Notes: a model not told the origin generated them from the sequence alone. 32,000 nucleotides of DNA from Deltaproteobacteria bacterium (GCA_030603465.1 JAUVXT010000002.1:1-32000), one strand, 5' to 3'. Positions 1 through 8,644 are shown, counted from the stretch's first letter. Program-made: numbers and translations.

Positions 1-80
1 CAAGTAACTAGAATTTACAAAATCGCCATAACTTATTGATACTTCTTAATATATGCCAAGTAATACGCGAATTTAAATAA

Positions 81-95
81 TGCAAGTTACTTGCA
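81..95. promoter_or_regulatory. 15-bp palindrome TGCAAGT-T-ACTTGCA, candidate GntR/FadR-type operator upstream of the regulator gene
   Basis: Perfect 7-bp arms around one central base, with a GT-N-AC core typical of GntR-family operators. Related CAAGTWA half-sites occur at 1-9 and 57-65. A TATAAT hexamer lies directly downstream at 98-103. Confidence 0.35.
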
Positions 96-178
96 ATTAT
101 AATGTCCCGACTCGTCGGGGCATAGCGGAGCTTTTTACGAACGCATCAAGATTTACTAACTATTTTAAAGGTGTGACT

Positions 179-892
179 ATGACAATATTCAAACCCCTTC
201 GAAGTGAAAAATTTTCCCAGGAAGTAGCTAGCAGAATCAAAGAAAGTATATTTGATGAAACCTTTGTCCCCGGAGATAAGCTTCCTTCGGAAAGGAAAAT
301 GGCCGAAGCCTTTGGGGTGAGCAATGTTACCGTAAGGCAGGCTATCAGGGTTCTTGAAAATTCTGGAATAGTTCACACAAAGCAGGGTGTGGATGGCGGA
401 ATTTTTGTGTCCGAGGCGGACACAATATCTGTGAGTTCATATCTCTCGGATATGCTCAGGTTGAAGAGGGTTAGCATGAGTGATTTGACAATGGCCAGGG
501 TTATTTTTGAACCGGAAATTGCCTTTCATGCCTCTCTGGTTTGGAAGGATGGAGACATGGAAGAAGTGGAAAGAAATATAGAAGAGGCCGAGATTGCCTT
601 AGCTCATGGGAAAGCCTTTGATTCCAGGATGTTGAATCTGACATTTCATCGCCTGGTTTGCAATATCACTAAAAATCCAGTAGTTACATTCGCCCTCAAT
701 TCAGTGGTTGATGTATTGGAAGAAAATGCCATGAAGTCAAAATCAGACAAGGATTTTACTACCGAAGTAATTGCCTCGCATAGAACGATTATGGAAAAAA
801 TTCGGGACAGGAAAAAGGAAGAAGCCAGGGATGAGATGAAAAAGCATATCGAGAGGGTTCATGTAAGGCTTGGCAAACTTTATCGTATATAG
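179..892 (+). CDS. GntR/FadR-family transcriptional regulator
   Basis: N-terminal winged-helix signature (PGDKLPSERKMAEAFGVSNVTVRQAIRVLENSGIV) followed by an all-helical FCD-like C-terminal domain. The ATG at 179 has an AAAGGTG Shine-Dalgarno 5-6 nt upstream. The ORF-track start at 80 lies inside the palindrome and has no RBS. Confidence 0.85.
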   Translation: MTIFKPLRSEKFSQEVASRIKESIFDETFVPGDKLPSERKMAEAFGVSNVTVRQAIRVLENSGIVHTKQGVDGGIFVSEADTISVSSYLSDMLRLKRVSMSDLTMARVIFEPEIAFHASLVWKDGDMEEVERNIEEAEIALAHGKAFDSRMLNLTFHRLVCNITKNPVVTFALNSVVDVLEENAMKSKSDKDFTTEVIASHRTIMEKIRDRKKEEARDEMKKHIERVHVRLGKLYRI

Positions 893-1022
893 AAAAGGGT
901 CTGAGATTTACCTGTTGGGCGCTTGTGATGGCTGTGGCGTAACGTGCAATCTTTTTTATCGAGAATTAGCATAGGCAAAGGTTGTCGTTATTGATTTTCT
1001 GACGATTTTACGACGTTTTGAG

Positions 1023-1073
1023 CTGAACAGCGAGCACATTCCCCGCTGCTTGCGGCGGGGTTAGCGAGCGAAC
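1023..1073 (+). repeat. Intergenic structured repeat R1, copy a (CTGAACAGCGAGCRCATT + GC hairpin + TTAGCGAGCGAA)
   Basis: Near-identical copies occur at 12349-12400 and 31790-31844, and a partial copy at 31915-31946. The hairpin is CCCCGC (1041-1046) / GCGGGG (1055-1060) with loop TGCTTGCG. Confidence 0.75.
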
Positions 1074-1181
1074 ATAAAATAATTTATCTCTTTCGCATTT
1101 AAGTTGATGAACCGTCGCATAAACGCCTTTTGCTTGTCTAAGATGCTTTTTGATAAATCGAAGGCTTGCTACAGGCGATTT

Positions 1182-1214
1182 AAAGAATCATCATGTTATC
1201 CATGATGATTCTTT
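1182..1214. promoter_or_regulatory. Perfect 14-bp inverted repeat AAAGAATCATCATG-N5-CATGATGATTCTTT, candidate operator
   Basis: The two arms are exact reverse complements (checked by hand). The right arm overlaps the -35 of the promoter candidate at 1213-1242. Confidence 0.45.
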
Positions 1215-1242
1215 GAAAGGTAAGGAAGGTTTCAGTTATATT
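1213..1242 (+). promoter_or_regulatory. Sigma70-like promoter candidate for the cupin-to-TRAP operon
   Basis: -35 TTGAAA (1213-1218), 18-nt spacer, -10 TATATT (1237-1242). Each hexamer matches consensus at 5 of 6 positions. It lies about 170 nt upstream of the first ATG of the operon. Confidence 0.35.
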
Positions 1243-1410
1243 CGTTCGCCTTCGCTCACTGTTCTTTTCAAAACTCGCCCTTCGGGTTCAGGCAGTTTAA
1301 ATCGCTATCCTTCCGCTTCGCCAAGATTTATTCTAACGCTCAAAGGTATTTATGCTTGAACAACTTTATCACGAAAGAACCAAATATATTGTCTAGGAGG
1401 TTTGACGCAT

Positions 1411-1896
1411 ATGAAAAAGTACGAGGAAAAGATTACGATCAACGGTAGCAATATTTCTGTTGCCCGCACAGATAATCCCACCAATGTGGATTATATAGCA
1501 GGAGATTTGAAGCTTTTGACATACGACATAACGGATCCCAAGTTGAAACCCGAAAATTTTGACAAACCGGGCGGAACGCCCATGACTCTCTTTAAGGCAG
1601 ACGCACTGAGAGTTGACCTCTCCAAACGTACGAAGGAAGCGATGAATTTTTGGCACAGGAGTTGTGACTTTCACGAGTTGATTTTCTGTTTTAAGGGCTC
1701 AATTATATGGGAAACCGAGCTCGGCAATGCGGAATTGAAGGCCGGGCAGATGATGATTATACCCAAGGGGGTGGCACACAGGTCCAGCCCCGGGCAGACT
1801 GAGAGCGAAAACATCATAGTAGAGTTAAAGATATATTCCGATTCCATCGAGGAAGTGGTTCAGGGAATCGATATAGCAAAGAGAGTGAGGGATTGA
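1411..1896 (+). CDS. Cupin-fold protein of unknown specificity
   Basis: Cupin motif 2, G-x5-P-x-G-x2-H, is present (GQMMIIPKGVAHRS). Motif 1 is partial, E-x6-G (HELIFCFKG). An AGGAGG lies 10 nt upstream of the ATG at 1411. The ORF-track TTG at 1402 is too close to that RBS. Confidence 0.7.
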   Translation: MKKYEEKITINGSNISVARTDNPTNVDYIAGDLKLLTYDITDPKLKPENFDKPGGTPMTLFKADALRVDLSKRTKEAMNFWHRSCDFHELIFCFKGSIIWETELGNAELKAGQMMIIPKGVAHRSSPGQTESENIIVELKIYSDSIEEVVQGIDIAKRVRD

Positions 1897-1897
1897 T

Positions 1898-3304
1898 ATG
1901 GGAAAGAGGACGGCGGATCTTTTGATAAAAAATGCCGACTGGATCATTACCATGGATGGAGAAAGGCGGATCATCAGGGACGGCGCAATTGCCGTGAAGG
2001 GTGATACCATCCTGGATATCGACAAGACCGATATTGTGGAAAGTCGTTATGGTGCAGAGAAAACCATCACTGCAGAGGACAGGGTGGTAATTCCCGGCAT
2101 GATCGACAGTCATGTCCATTCGGCATTTCAACTGAGTCGTGGGTTGGCCGATGAAGTGGGGGAGCAAAAATTCCTCTTTGAAAGGATGTATCCCTATGAA
2201 GGCTGCATGGATGATGAAGATACTTATTGGAGCGCTGTCCTCTGCACTCTCGAACTTCTGAAACATGGGGTGACCTGTTTCGTAGATCCGGGAAATTACC
2301 GCATAGATGAAACGGCAAAGGCCGTTGAAGAATCGGGCATGCGGTGCATCGTTGCGAAAAGCAGCTTTGATATTGGAAAGTCCTCTTTTGGAAGTATTCC
2401 GGAGGCATGGATCGAAACGACGGAAGAAGCCCTGGAGAGAGCGGAGACCGTCATAGAAAAATGGCATGGCAAAGCGGATGGACGAATCCGGGCATTTGCC
2501 TCTTTCAGAGGGTTAAACAACTGTACCGACCAGCTTATTCAGGGTTTGAAGGAGATTGCCGATAGGCACAATACGGGGATCCAGACCCACTGCGCCTTTG
2601 CCCAGAAAACGAGAGACATGTCACTGGACAAGTTTGGTATGACCGAGGTGGAGCGTCTTGAAAGACTTGGTGTACTGGGACCTAACGTGCTTCTGGGGCA
2701 TGTGGGGTGGCTCACACCCGCCGAGCTTCTTTTGATGCAGAAGAGAGAGGTGTGCGCGGTGGCGTGTCCCAGTTCTACCTTTCACAACGGCTACGGAAAT
2801 ATCACCATGGGACATATTCCCGAATTACTCGAGATGGGTCTTTCCGTTGGAGTCGGGTCGGACCACGCATCATCGGGCATTGTCGACATGTTGCAGGAAT
2901 TGCGTATCGTCGGTATGGGCTTCAAGGAGACACGGATCGATCCCAAGATAATGCCGCCGGAAAGGGTCTTTGAAATGGCCACCGTCAATGGCGCAAAGGG
3001 CGCCCTCTGGGATAAGGAGATAGGAACTCTTGAAGCCGGCAAAAAGGCCGACATTGTCATGTTTAACACCATGAGGCCCGAATGGATGCCCCTCTACAAC
3101 AATCCCCTTGTCAATCTTGTCTACAGTGCTACGGGAAGTAGTGTAGATACGGTCATCGTGGCCGGGAACATCCTCGTTGCAAAGGGTGAAGCGGTATCGA
3201 TCGATGAGGGCAAAGTGTATGCCGAAATTAAGAGACTGACGGGGAAAATCCTGGCAAAGACGGGGTTGGGACCGATTATAAAACCTAAATGGAAGGTAGT
3301 GTAA
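1898..3304 (+). CDS. Amidohydrolase-superfamily aminohydrolase/deaminase (ATZ/TRZ, MtaD, SsnA-like; COG0402 type)
   Basis: HxH metal motif in the typical context (VIPGMIDSHVHSAFQLSRGLADE). Downstream His and Asp positions (GIQTHCAF, LLGHVGW, VGVGSDHA) also fit. The length of 468 aa is typical. The start lies 1 nt after the cupin stop. Confidence 0.85.
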   Translation: MGKRTADLLIKNADWIITMDGERRIIRDGAIAVKGDTILDIDKTDIVESRYGAEKTITAEDRVVIPGMIDSHVHSAFQLSRGLADEVGEQKFLFERMYPYEGCMDDEDTYWSAVLCTLELLKHGVTCFVDPGNYRIDETAKAVEESGMRCIVAKSSFDIGKSSFGSIPEAWIETTEEALERAETVIEKWHGKADGRIRAFASFRGLNNCTDQLIQGLKEIADRHNTGIQTHCAFAQKTRDMSLDKFGMTEVERLERLGVLGPNVLLGHVGWLTPAELLLMQKREVCAVACPSSTFHNGYGNITMGHIPELLEMGLSVGVGSDHASSGIVDMLQELRIVGMGFKETRIDPKIMPPERVFEMATVNGAKGALWDKEIGTLEAGKKADIVMFNTMRPEWMPLYNNPLVNLVYSATGSSVDTVIVAGNILVAKGEAVSIDEGKVYAEIKRLTGKILAKTGLGPIIKPKWKVV

Positions 3305-3318
3305 GGAGAACTTTAAAA

Positions 3319-3873
3319 ATGAAGATAGTCGTTGGTATATCGGGAGCCTCGGGGGTGCAGTATGGGATCCGGTTTTTGGAGGTCTGTCGGTCGTTGAAGA
3401 TTGAAACTCACCTGGTGATATCTGCCTGGGGGAGGAAAAACATTGAACTGGAAACCGACTGTAGCGTCAGTCAGGTTTGCTCGCTGGCATCTAAAAATTA
3501 CGAAAAGGAAGACCTCGCGGCGGCGATATCAAGCGGGTCATTCAGGCATGACGGGATGGTTGTAATACCTTGCAGCATGAAATCTGTGGCGGCTATAGCA
3601 AACGGGTATACGGAAAATCTGCTTCATCGCGCCGCCGATGTGACACTCAAGGAAAGACGGAAACTGATACTGATTCCCAGGGAGACGCCTCTCAGTGTCA
3701 TCCATCTGGAGAATCTTTTAAAACTGGCCCGTTCGGGCGCAATCATACTTCCGCCAATGCCCGCCTTTTACAATAAACCCAAAACCCTGGAAGACATTAT
3801 CGACCATCTGGTTGGGCGCGTGCTGGATCATCTCGGTGTGGATCATGAGTTGGTCAATCGATGGGGTGAATAG
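3319..3873 (+). CDS. ubiX: Flavin prenyltransferase UbiX (prFMN synthase)
   Basis: Classic N-terminus MKIVVGISGASG, plus the PCSMKSVAAIANG and LILIPRETPLS blocks. The length of about 184 aa fits. An AAGGAG RBS lies upstream of the ATG at 3319. Confidence 0.9.
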   Translation: MKIVVGISGASGVQYGIRFLEVCRSLKIETHLVISAWGRKNIELETDCSVSQVCSLASKNYEKEDLAAAISSGSFRHDGMVVIPCSMKSVAAIANGYTENLLHRAADVTLKERRKLILIPRETPLSVIHLENLLKLARSGAIILPPMPAFYNKPKTLEDIIDHLVGRVLDHLGVDHELVNRWGE

Positions 3874-3932
3874 ATTGCTGAGCGAAGTACAACTGTGAAA
3901 TATCAAAACCAATCAAGTGTGAGGTGACAAGA

Positions 3933-5375
3933 ATGGTACATGTGGAAACAACTGCTGGTAGTTCTTTAGACGGATTATTCAAGGCTGAAGGCATTGCTAT
4001 TATCGGGGCTTCGTCCAAGGTGGGAAAGCCGGGGAACAAGATCGTCGAATATGCCCTGGAGTTGGACTTTAAGGGGGAGATATATCCCATCAATCCGGGT
4101 GCTGAGGAAATCATGGGGTTAAAATGCTACAGGGACCTGGAGGCCATTGAAGGGAAAGTGGATATAGTCGTGGTGGTGCTGCACTCTGACGACTGCGTTA
4201 CGGCGGCTCAGAAGATCGCGCAGAGAAAGGATGAAAAGGGCGATATTTCCGTGGTGGTGGTTGTCTCCGGCGGGTTCAGCGAACGGGGAGACGAAGAGGG
4301 GAGAGAAAGGGAAAAAGCCTTGCTCGAACCCCTGATGTCAAGAGGGATCCGGGTTGTCGGCCCCAACTGTCAGGGGATCATAGATACCTATCAGGGGATA
4401 AATACGACCTTTGATGTGGGGAAATACAAGAAGGGGGGATTGTCCGTCATCACGCAGAGCGGGGCCTTTGCCGTTTCCTACCTCATGTGGGCCGATCCTC
4501 TGGGGATGTTGGGATTGAGCAAGTTCGTGTCTGTGGGCAATATGAGGGATGTAAGCGCCATAGATCTCCTTAACTATTTTGCCGACGATGAGAGTACCAA
4601 GGTGATCGCCCTCTATCTGGAAGGCGCAAATGAGGCGAGGAAGCTGATAGAAACGGCTGCCGAGGTGTCGAAGAAAAAACCTATCGTAACCATGAAGGCC
4701 GGCAGAACAGAGTTGGGAGGCCGCGCCGCCCAGAGCCACACAGGCTCCATTGCGGGGAGCTTCGAAATGTACAAGGGGGCCTTTCGCCAGTCCGGTGTGA
4801 TTCAGACCTTCAATGTGCCGGAATTTTATCATACGGCGGCGGCATTCTCGAAAATGCCCATGCCCAAGGGCAACCGCGTCTGTGTTTTGACCGTTGTCGG
4901 CGGCCCGGGGACACTCTGTGTAGATGAACTGATTACATCGGGTGTCGTCGAACTGGCGAAACTCTCGGAGGAGACAAAATCACGCCTCAAAGAGATACTG
5001 GCGCCAACGGCAAATGTGGGTAAACCTGACGGCTATATAGACATGACGGGCTCGGTGAGTGAGACCCTTCATAAGGAGGTGTTCAAAATCGTTCTCAGTG
5101 ACAAGAATATCGACGGTGTTATCTATCTGACGACTCCGCCCGCCTTCCTCGATGAGGAACTGCTGGCGAAAAATATAGTGTCGGCCTATCAATCCTTCCC
5201 CGAAGAAGAGAGAAAACCGGTGCTTTCGGTATTGCTCTATGGATTCTCGGTTGCGAAAGGGAGGAGGATTATGGAGGATGCCGACATGCCGACGCTCGAC
5301 TATCCCGATACGGCCGCTCAGGTGATGGCAAACATGATCAGATACAGTCAATATCGTTCGAGAAATAACTGCTAG
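3933..5375 (+). CDS. ADP-forming (NDP-forming) acyl-CoA synthetase, alpha subunit (CoA-binding and CoA-ligase domains)
   Basis: LFKAEGIAIIGASSKVGKPG CoA-binding Rossmann start, GPNCQGI, and a phosphohistidine loop AAQSHTGSIAG. The ATG at 3933 is preferred over the GTG at 3924 because GAGGTG lies 6 nt upstream. Confidence 0.85.
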   Translation: MVHVETTAGSSLDGLFKAEGIAIIGASSKVGKPGNKIVEYALELDFKGEIYPINPGAEEIMGLKCYRDLEAIEGKVDIVVVVLHSDDCVTAAQKIAQRKDEKGDISVVVVVSGGFSERGDEEGREREKALLEPLMSRGIRVVGPNCQGIIDTYQGINTTFDVGKYKKGGLSVITQSGAFAVSYLMWADPLGMLGLSKFVSVGNMRDVSAIDLLNYFADDESTKVIALYLEGANEARKLIETAAEVSKKKPIVTMKAGRTELGGRAAQSHTGSIAGSFEMYKGAFRQSGVIQTFNVPEFYHTAAAFSKMPMPKGNRVCVLTVVGGPGTLCVDELITSGVVELAKLSEETKSRLKEILAPTANVGKPDGYIDMTGSVSETLHKEVFKIVLSDKNIDGVIYLTTPPAFLDEELLAKNIVSAYQSFPEEERKPVLSVLLYGFSVAKGRRIMEDADMPTLDYPDTAAQVMANMIRYSQYRSRNNC

Positions 5376-5421
5376 ACGTGAACCGATTATCAGTTCCAGA
5401 CAATATTAGTGGAGGTCAAAA

Positions 5422-6117
5422 ATGGGTTATAGAGAAATAATAGAGCGCGCCATAGATACGGGGAGAGAGGTTCTCCCTGAACATGAGGCCTATCAGGTAT
5501 GTGAAGAATTCGGTATCGCCTATCCGCCGACCAGGTTTGCGACGACCCGGGAAGAGACAGTGGAAGCGGCAGAAAGCCTGGGCTATCCCGTCGTGCTAAA
5601 GATTGTCTCGCCGGCAGTGGTTCACAAATCTGATGCGGGGGGAGTCATCGTCGGTATCGTCTCTCAGTCGGAGCTCAAGGATGCCTACGATCTTTTATTT
5701 GCCAATGTGAAGGAGAAGGTGGGCGACGTGCCCATTGACGGCGTGCTGATACAAAAGGCTATGCCGAAGGCCGCAGAAGTTGTCGTGGGCGGCCTGAAGG
5801 ATGATCTCTTCGGTCCTGTCGTCATGTTCGGTTCCGGGGGAATCCTGGTGGAGATATTCAAGGATGTCTCTTTCAGGCTGGCGCCTCTAGACAGGGACGA
5901 AGCCATGAGGCAAATCAAGGAGACGAAGGCCTACGAAATATTAAAGGGTGTCAGAGGCGCACCTCCGAGTGATCTGGATGCCCTGGCCGATCTGATTGTG
6001 AATGCGGGAAAATTGTTGTCCGCCCTTCCTGAAATTAAAGAGCTCGATTTTAATCCTGTCTTTGCCGGTTCCGATGGTTCTGTTGTTGTCGATGCCAGGA
6101 TGGTAATAGGGAGTTGA
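5422..6117 (+). CDS. ADP-forming acyl-CoA synthetase, beta subunit (ATP-grasp domain)
   Basis: ATP-grasp_5-type sequence (GYPVVLKIVSPAVVHKSDAGGV ... ELDFNPV). The size of 231 aa matches the split archaeal-type beta subunit. A GGAGG RBS is present. Confidence 0.85.
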   Translation: MGYREIIERAIDTGREVLPEHEAYQVCEEFGIAYPPTRFATTREETVEAAESLGYPVVLKIVSPAVVHKSDAGGVIVGIVSQSELKDAYDLLFANVKEKVGDVPIDGVLIQKAMPKAAEVVVGGLKDDLFGPVVMFGSGGILVEIFKDVSFRLAPLDRDEAMRQIKETKAYEILKGVRGAPPSDLDALADLIVNAGKLLSALPEIKELDFNPVFAGSDGSVVVDARMVIGS

Positions 6118-6122
6118 TCGAA

Positions 6123-8543
6123 ATGAAAAAAGTGAAACGCTGGGTGTCACAGGATATTCCCAGGCTGGAAAATGGCAGGCTCTTAACGGGTAGTGGGCGA
6201 TTCATTGCCGACATGACCCCCGTTTCGAACATGCACTACGCCGCGATCCTCAGAAGTCCCTATGGCCACGCCCTCATTAAGAGTATAGATACAAAAGAAG
6301 CAAGAAACTTCCCCGGCGTAGTAGATGTGTTGACGGGTGAAGACGTCAAGGATATGTCGGACCCATTTCCCGTGCTCTCCGATAAGGGTAAGGAATATTA
6401 CTCCATGGCCATCGATAAGGTCCGCTTCGTTGGTGAACCGGTGGCCGTAGTCGTGGCGAGAGACAGATACACGGCGGAAGATGTCCTCGATCTCATTGAA
6501 GTGAACTATGAACCATTGCCGGTAGTTACCTGTCCCGAAAAGGCGATGGAGCCCGATGCCCCTCTCCTGCACGAAAAGTCGGGTACCAATGTGGCACTTC
6601 ATCGGTTACTGAGTTATGGCGATGTTGATTCGGCCTTTGATGGGGCCGATGTCACGGTAAAAGAGCGGATTGTGTACCCGAAGATTTCACCCACGCCCAT
6701 GGAGACCAATGGCGTTATCTGTAGTTTTGATTTTCACACAAAACTCCTCACCTGTTGGTGCGGCTTTCATGGTCCCTACAGCCTTCATGCGGTGATGACC
6801 AAGGCCTTGAGACTCCCCAGCAACAAGGTCCGCGTTATCGTTCCCGCCGATGTGGGAGGGTCATTCGGCGTGAAGATCCCTTCCTATTCCTACATCCTTC
6901 CCATAGCACTGGCCTGTCGCAAGGCGGGGGTCCCCGTCAAGTGGATAGAGGATCGCCGTGAAAACCTTATGGCAAGTTCAAGTGGTGTTGATCGGGTGGC
7001 CTATGTCGAAATGGCCGCGACAAAGGAGGGAATATTCACGGGTCTGAGAATGAAGATAATGGATAACGTCGGCGGCTACATGCGGGCGCCGGAACCGGGG
7101 TGTCTGTTACGCCCACTGGGAAACCTGACATCAGCCTACGGAATAAAAAATGTCAGCATGGATGGTTATGTTGTTGTGACGAATAAGTCGCTTACCGGTC
7201 CCACACGGGGATATGCCTGTCAGCACCTCTACTTCGGCATCGAGAAATGTGTCGAGAGGATTGCCGAAAAACTTTCTCTCGATCCAGCGGAGTTGAGGCG
7301 GAAAAATTTGATACTGCCCCATCAGCTACCCTATACGACGCCGACAGGGGGAATATACGATGCCGGCGATTACCCCAAGGCGTTCGATCTACTCCTTGAA
7401 CTCAGTGAGTACGACGCATTCCGGAAAGAACAGAAGCGGGCGAGAAAAGAGGGGCGCTTCATCGGCATAGGTATCGCTGTGGGAATCGATCCCTCAACTT
7501 CCAATATGGGTTATATTCAGGCGGCGCTCCCTGCGGAAAAACGATCGCCTGCCAGACAGCTATCGGGGTGTGCACAGGCAACGACCATATTTATCGACCA
7601 CGGTGGTAACGTTAATGTGGAATTGAGTACCGTTTCTCATGGTCAGGGACACGAGACGGTCATAGCGCAGACGGTGGCCGACGAATTGGGGATATCTCCC
7701 TACGATATTACTGTCATCGGCGGTATGGATACGAGTACACGGGCATGGACTATTCCTTCGGGTGCCTACTCCAGTCGTTTTGCCTCTGTGGGCCCTGCCT
7801 CGGCGGCAATGGCGGCCAGGAAACTTCTCGATAAGATGCTCAAGATCGCCGCCCATCTCTTTGGCGTAAGTGCAGAAGAGGTGACAACGGAAGAGGGACA
7901 ATTTTATGTGAGAGATAATCCCGAGAAGAGAATCGGAATCAGGCGTATCGCATCGGTTGCACACTGGGACCCACACTCTCTGCCTGAAGGCATGGAACCG
8001 GGTTTGACGGCAACATATTATTTCAACATACCCGTTGCAAAACCTATCGATGGGGAAGACAGGGTAGATTCATCGGCAACCTATGGGTTTACATCCGATA
8101 TGGCCATAGTGGAAGTGGATGGTGAAACGGGAGAGGTAAAGATACAAAAATATATCTCCGTTCATGATGCCGGCACCATTCTACATCCGGGCATAGCGGA
8201 GGGGCAGGTGCGTGGTTCCATAATGCATGGCGTGGGCAGCGCGCTCTATGAAGAACTGAAGTATGATGAGCACGGCCAGTTTCTTACCGCCAGTTTTGCC
8301 GATTATCTGGTTCCGACGGCTATGGAGGCGCCTGAAATAAAGACGGGACACATCGAGACGCCTTCGCCCTTGACGATTCTGGGATCGAAGGGAATAGGCG
8401 AGGCGAGCAGCCAGACGGCGCCCATTGCAATAGTCAATGCAGTCGAAGATGCGCTGGCACCTTTGGACATAAAGATCAACACAATGCCCTTGAGTTCCGA
8501 TTATATATGGAGGCTTATGGAAGAAAAGAAGAAAGAGAAATGA
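6123..8543 (+). CDS. Xanthine-dehydrogenase/CoxL-family molybdopterin-binding large (catalytic) subunit, with no adjacent FeS or FAD subunits
   Basis: N-terminal RLENGRLLTGSGRFIADM, DKVRFVGEPVAVVVA, VGGSFGVK, KWIEDRRENL, SVHDAGTILHP and the C-terminal catalytic Glu context GSKGIGEAS. It is a paralogue of the subunit at 15803-18229. Confidence 0.9.
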   Translation: MKKVKRWVSQDIPRLENGRLLTGSGRFIADMTPVSNMHYAAILRSPYGHALIKSIDTKEARNFPGVVDVLTGEDVKDMSDPFPVLSDKGKEYYSMAIDKVRFVGEPVAVVVARDRYTAEDVLDLIEVNYEPLPVVTCPEKAMEPDAPLLHEKSGTNVALHRLLSYGDVDSAFDGADVTVKERIVYPKISPTPMETNGVICSFDFHTKLLTCWCGFHGPYSLHAVMTKALRLPSNKVRVIVPADVGGSFGVKIPSYSYILPIALACRKAGVPVKWIEDRRENLMASSSGVDRVAYVEMAATKEGIFTGLRMKIMDNVGGYMRAPEPGCLLRPLGNLTSAYGIKNVSMDGYVVVTNKSLTGPTRGYACQHLYFGIEKCVERIAEKLSLDPAELRRKNLILPHQLPYTTPTGGIYDAGDYPKAFDLLLELSEYDAFRKEQKRARKEGRFIGIGIAVGIDPSTSNMGYIQAALPAEKRSPARQLSGCAQATTIFIDHGGNVNVELSTVSHGQGHETVIAQTVADELGISPYDITVIGGMDTSTRAWTIPSGAYSSRFASVGPASAAMAARKLLDKMLKIAAHLFGVSAEEVTTEEGQFYVRDNPEKRIGIRRIASVAHWDPHSLPEGMEPGLTATYYFNIPVAKPIDGEDRVDSSATYGFTSDMAIVEVDGETGEVKIQKYISVHDAGTILHPGIAEGQVRGSIMHGVGSALYEELKYDEHGQFLTASFADYLVPTAMEAPEIKTGHIETPSPLTILGSKGIGEASSQTAPIAIVNAVEDALAPLDIKINTMPLSSDYIWRLMEEKKKEK

Positions 8544-8644
8544 TGCATGAAGATTAAAAAGGTCTATCGTTAGGCAAAGCTGCACGGTGGAACTTTTTTT
8601 ATGAGCCCACAATAATTGATTAAAATATTTAGGAGGGTTGTTTT

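Noticed and set aside
80-178. The upstream extension of the first GntR ORF (ATG at 80).
   Set aside because: There is no RBS, the ATG lies within the operator-like palindrome, and the added 33 residues precede the normal start of a GntR wHTH domain. The ATG at 179 has a good Shine-Dalgarno.
1150-1359. A 69-aa plus-strand ORF in the leader region of operon 1.
   Set aside because: It has a TTG start and no RBS. It runs across the perfect palindrome, the promoter candidate and the degenerate repeat, and its sequence has no recognisable domain.
8544-8644. An intrinsic terminator at the T7 run (8593-8599) between the Mo subunit gene and ubiD.
   Set aside because: No convincing GC-rich stem precedes the T-run.
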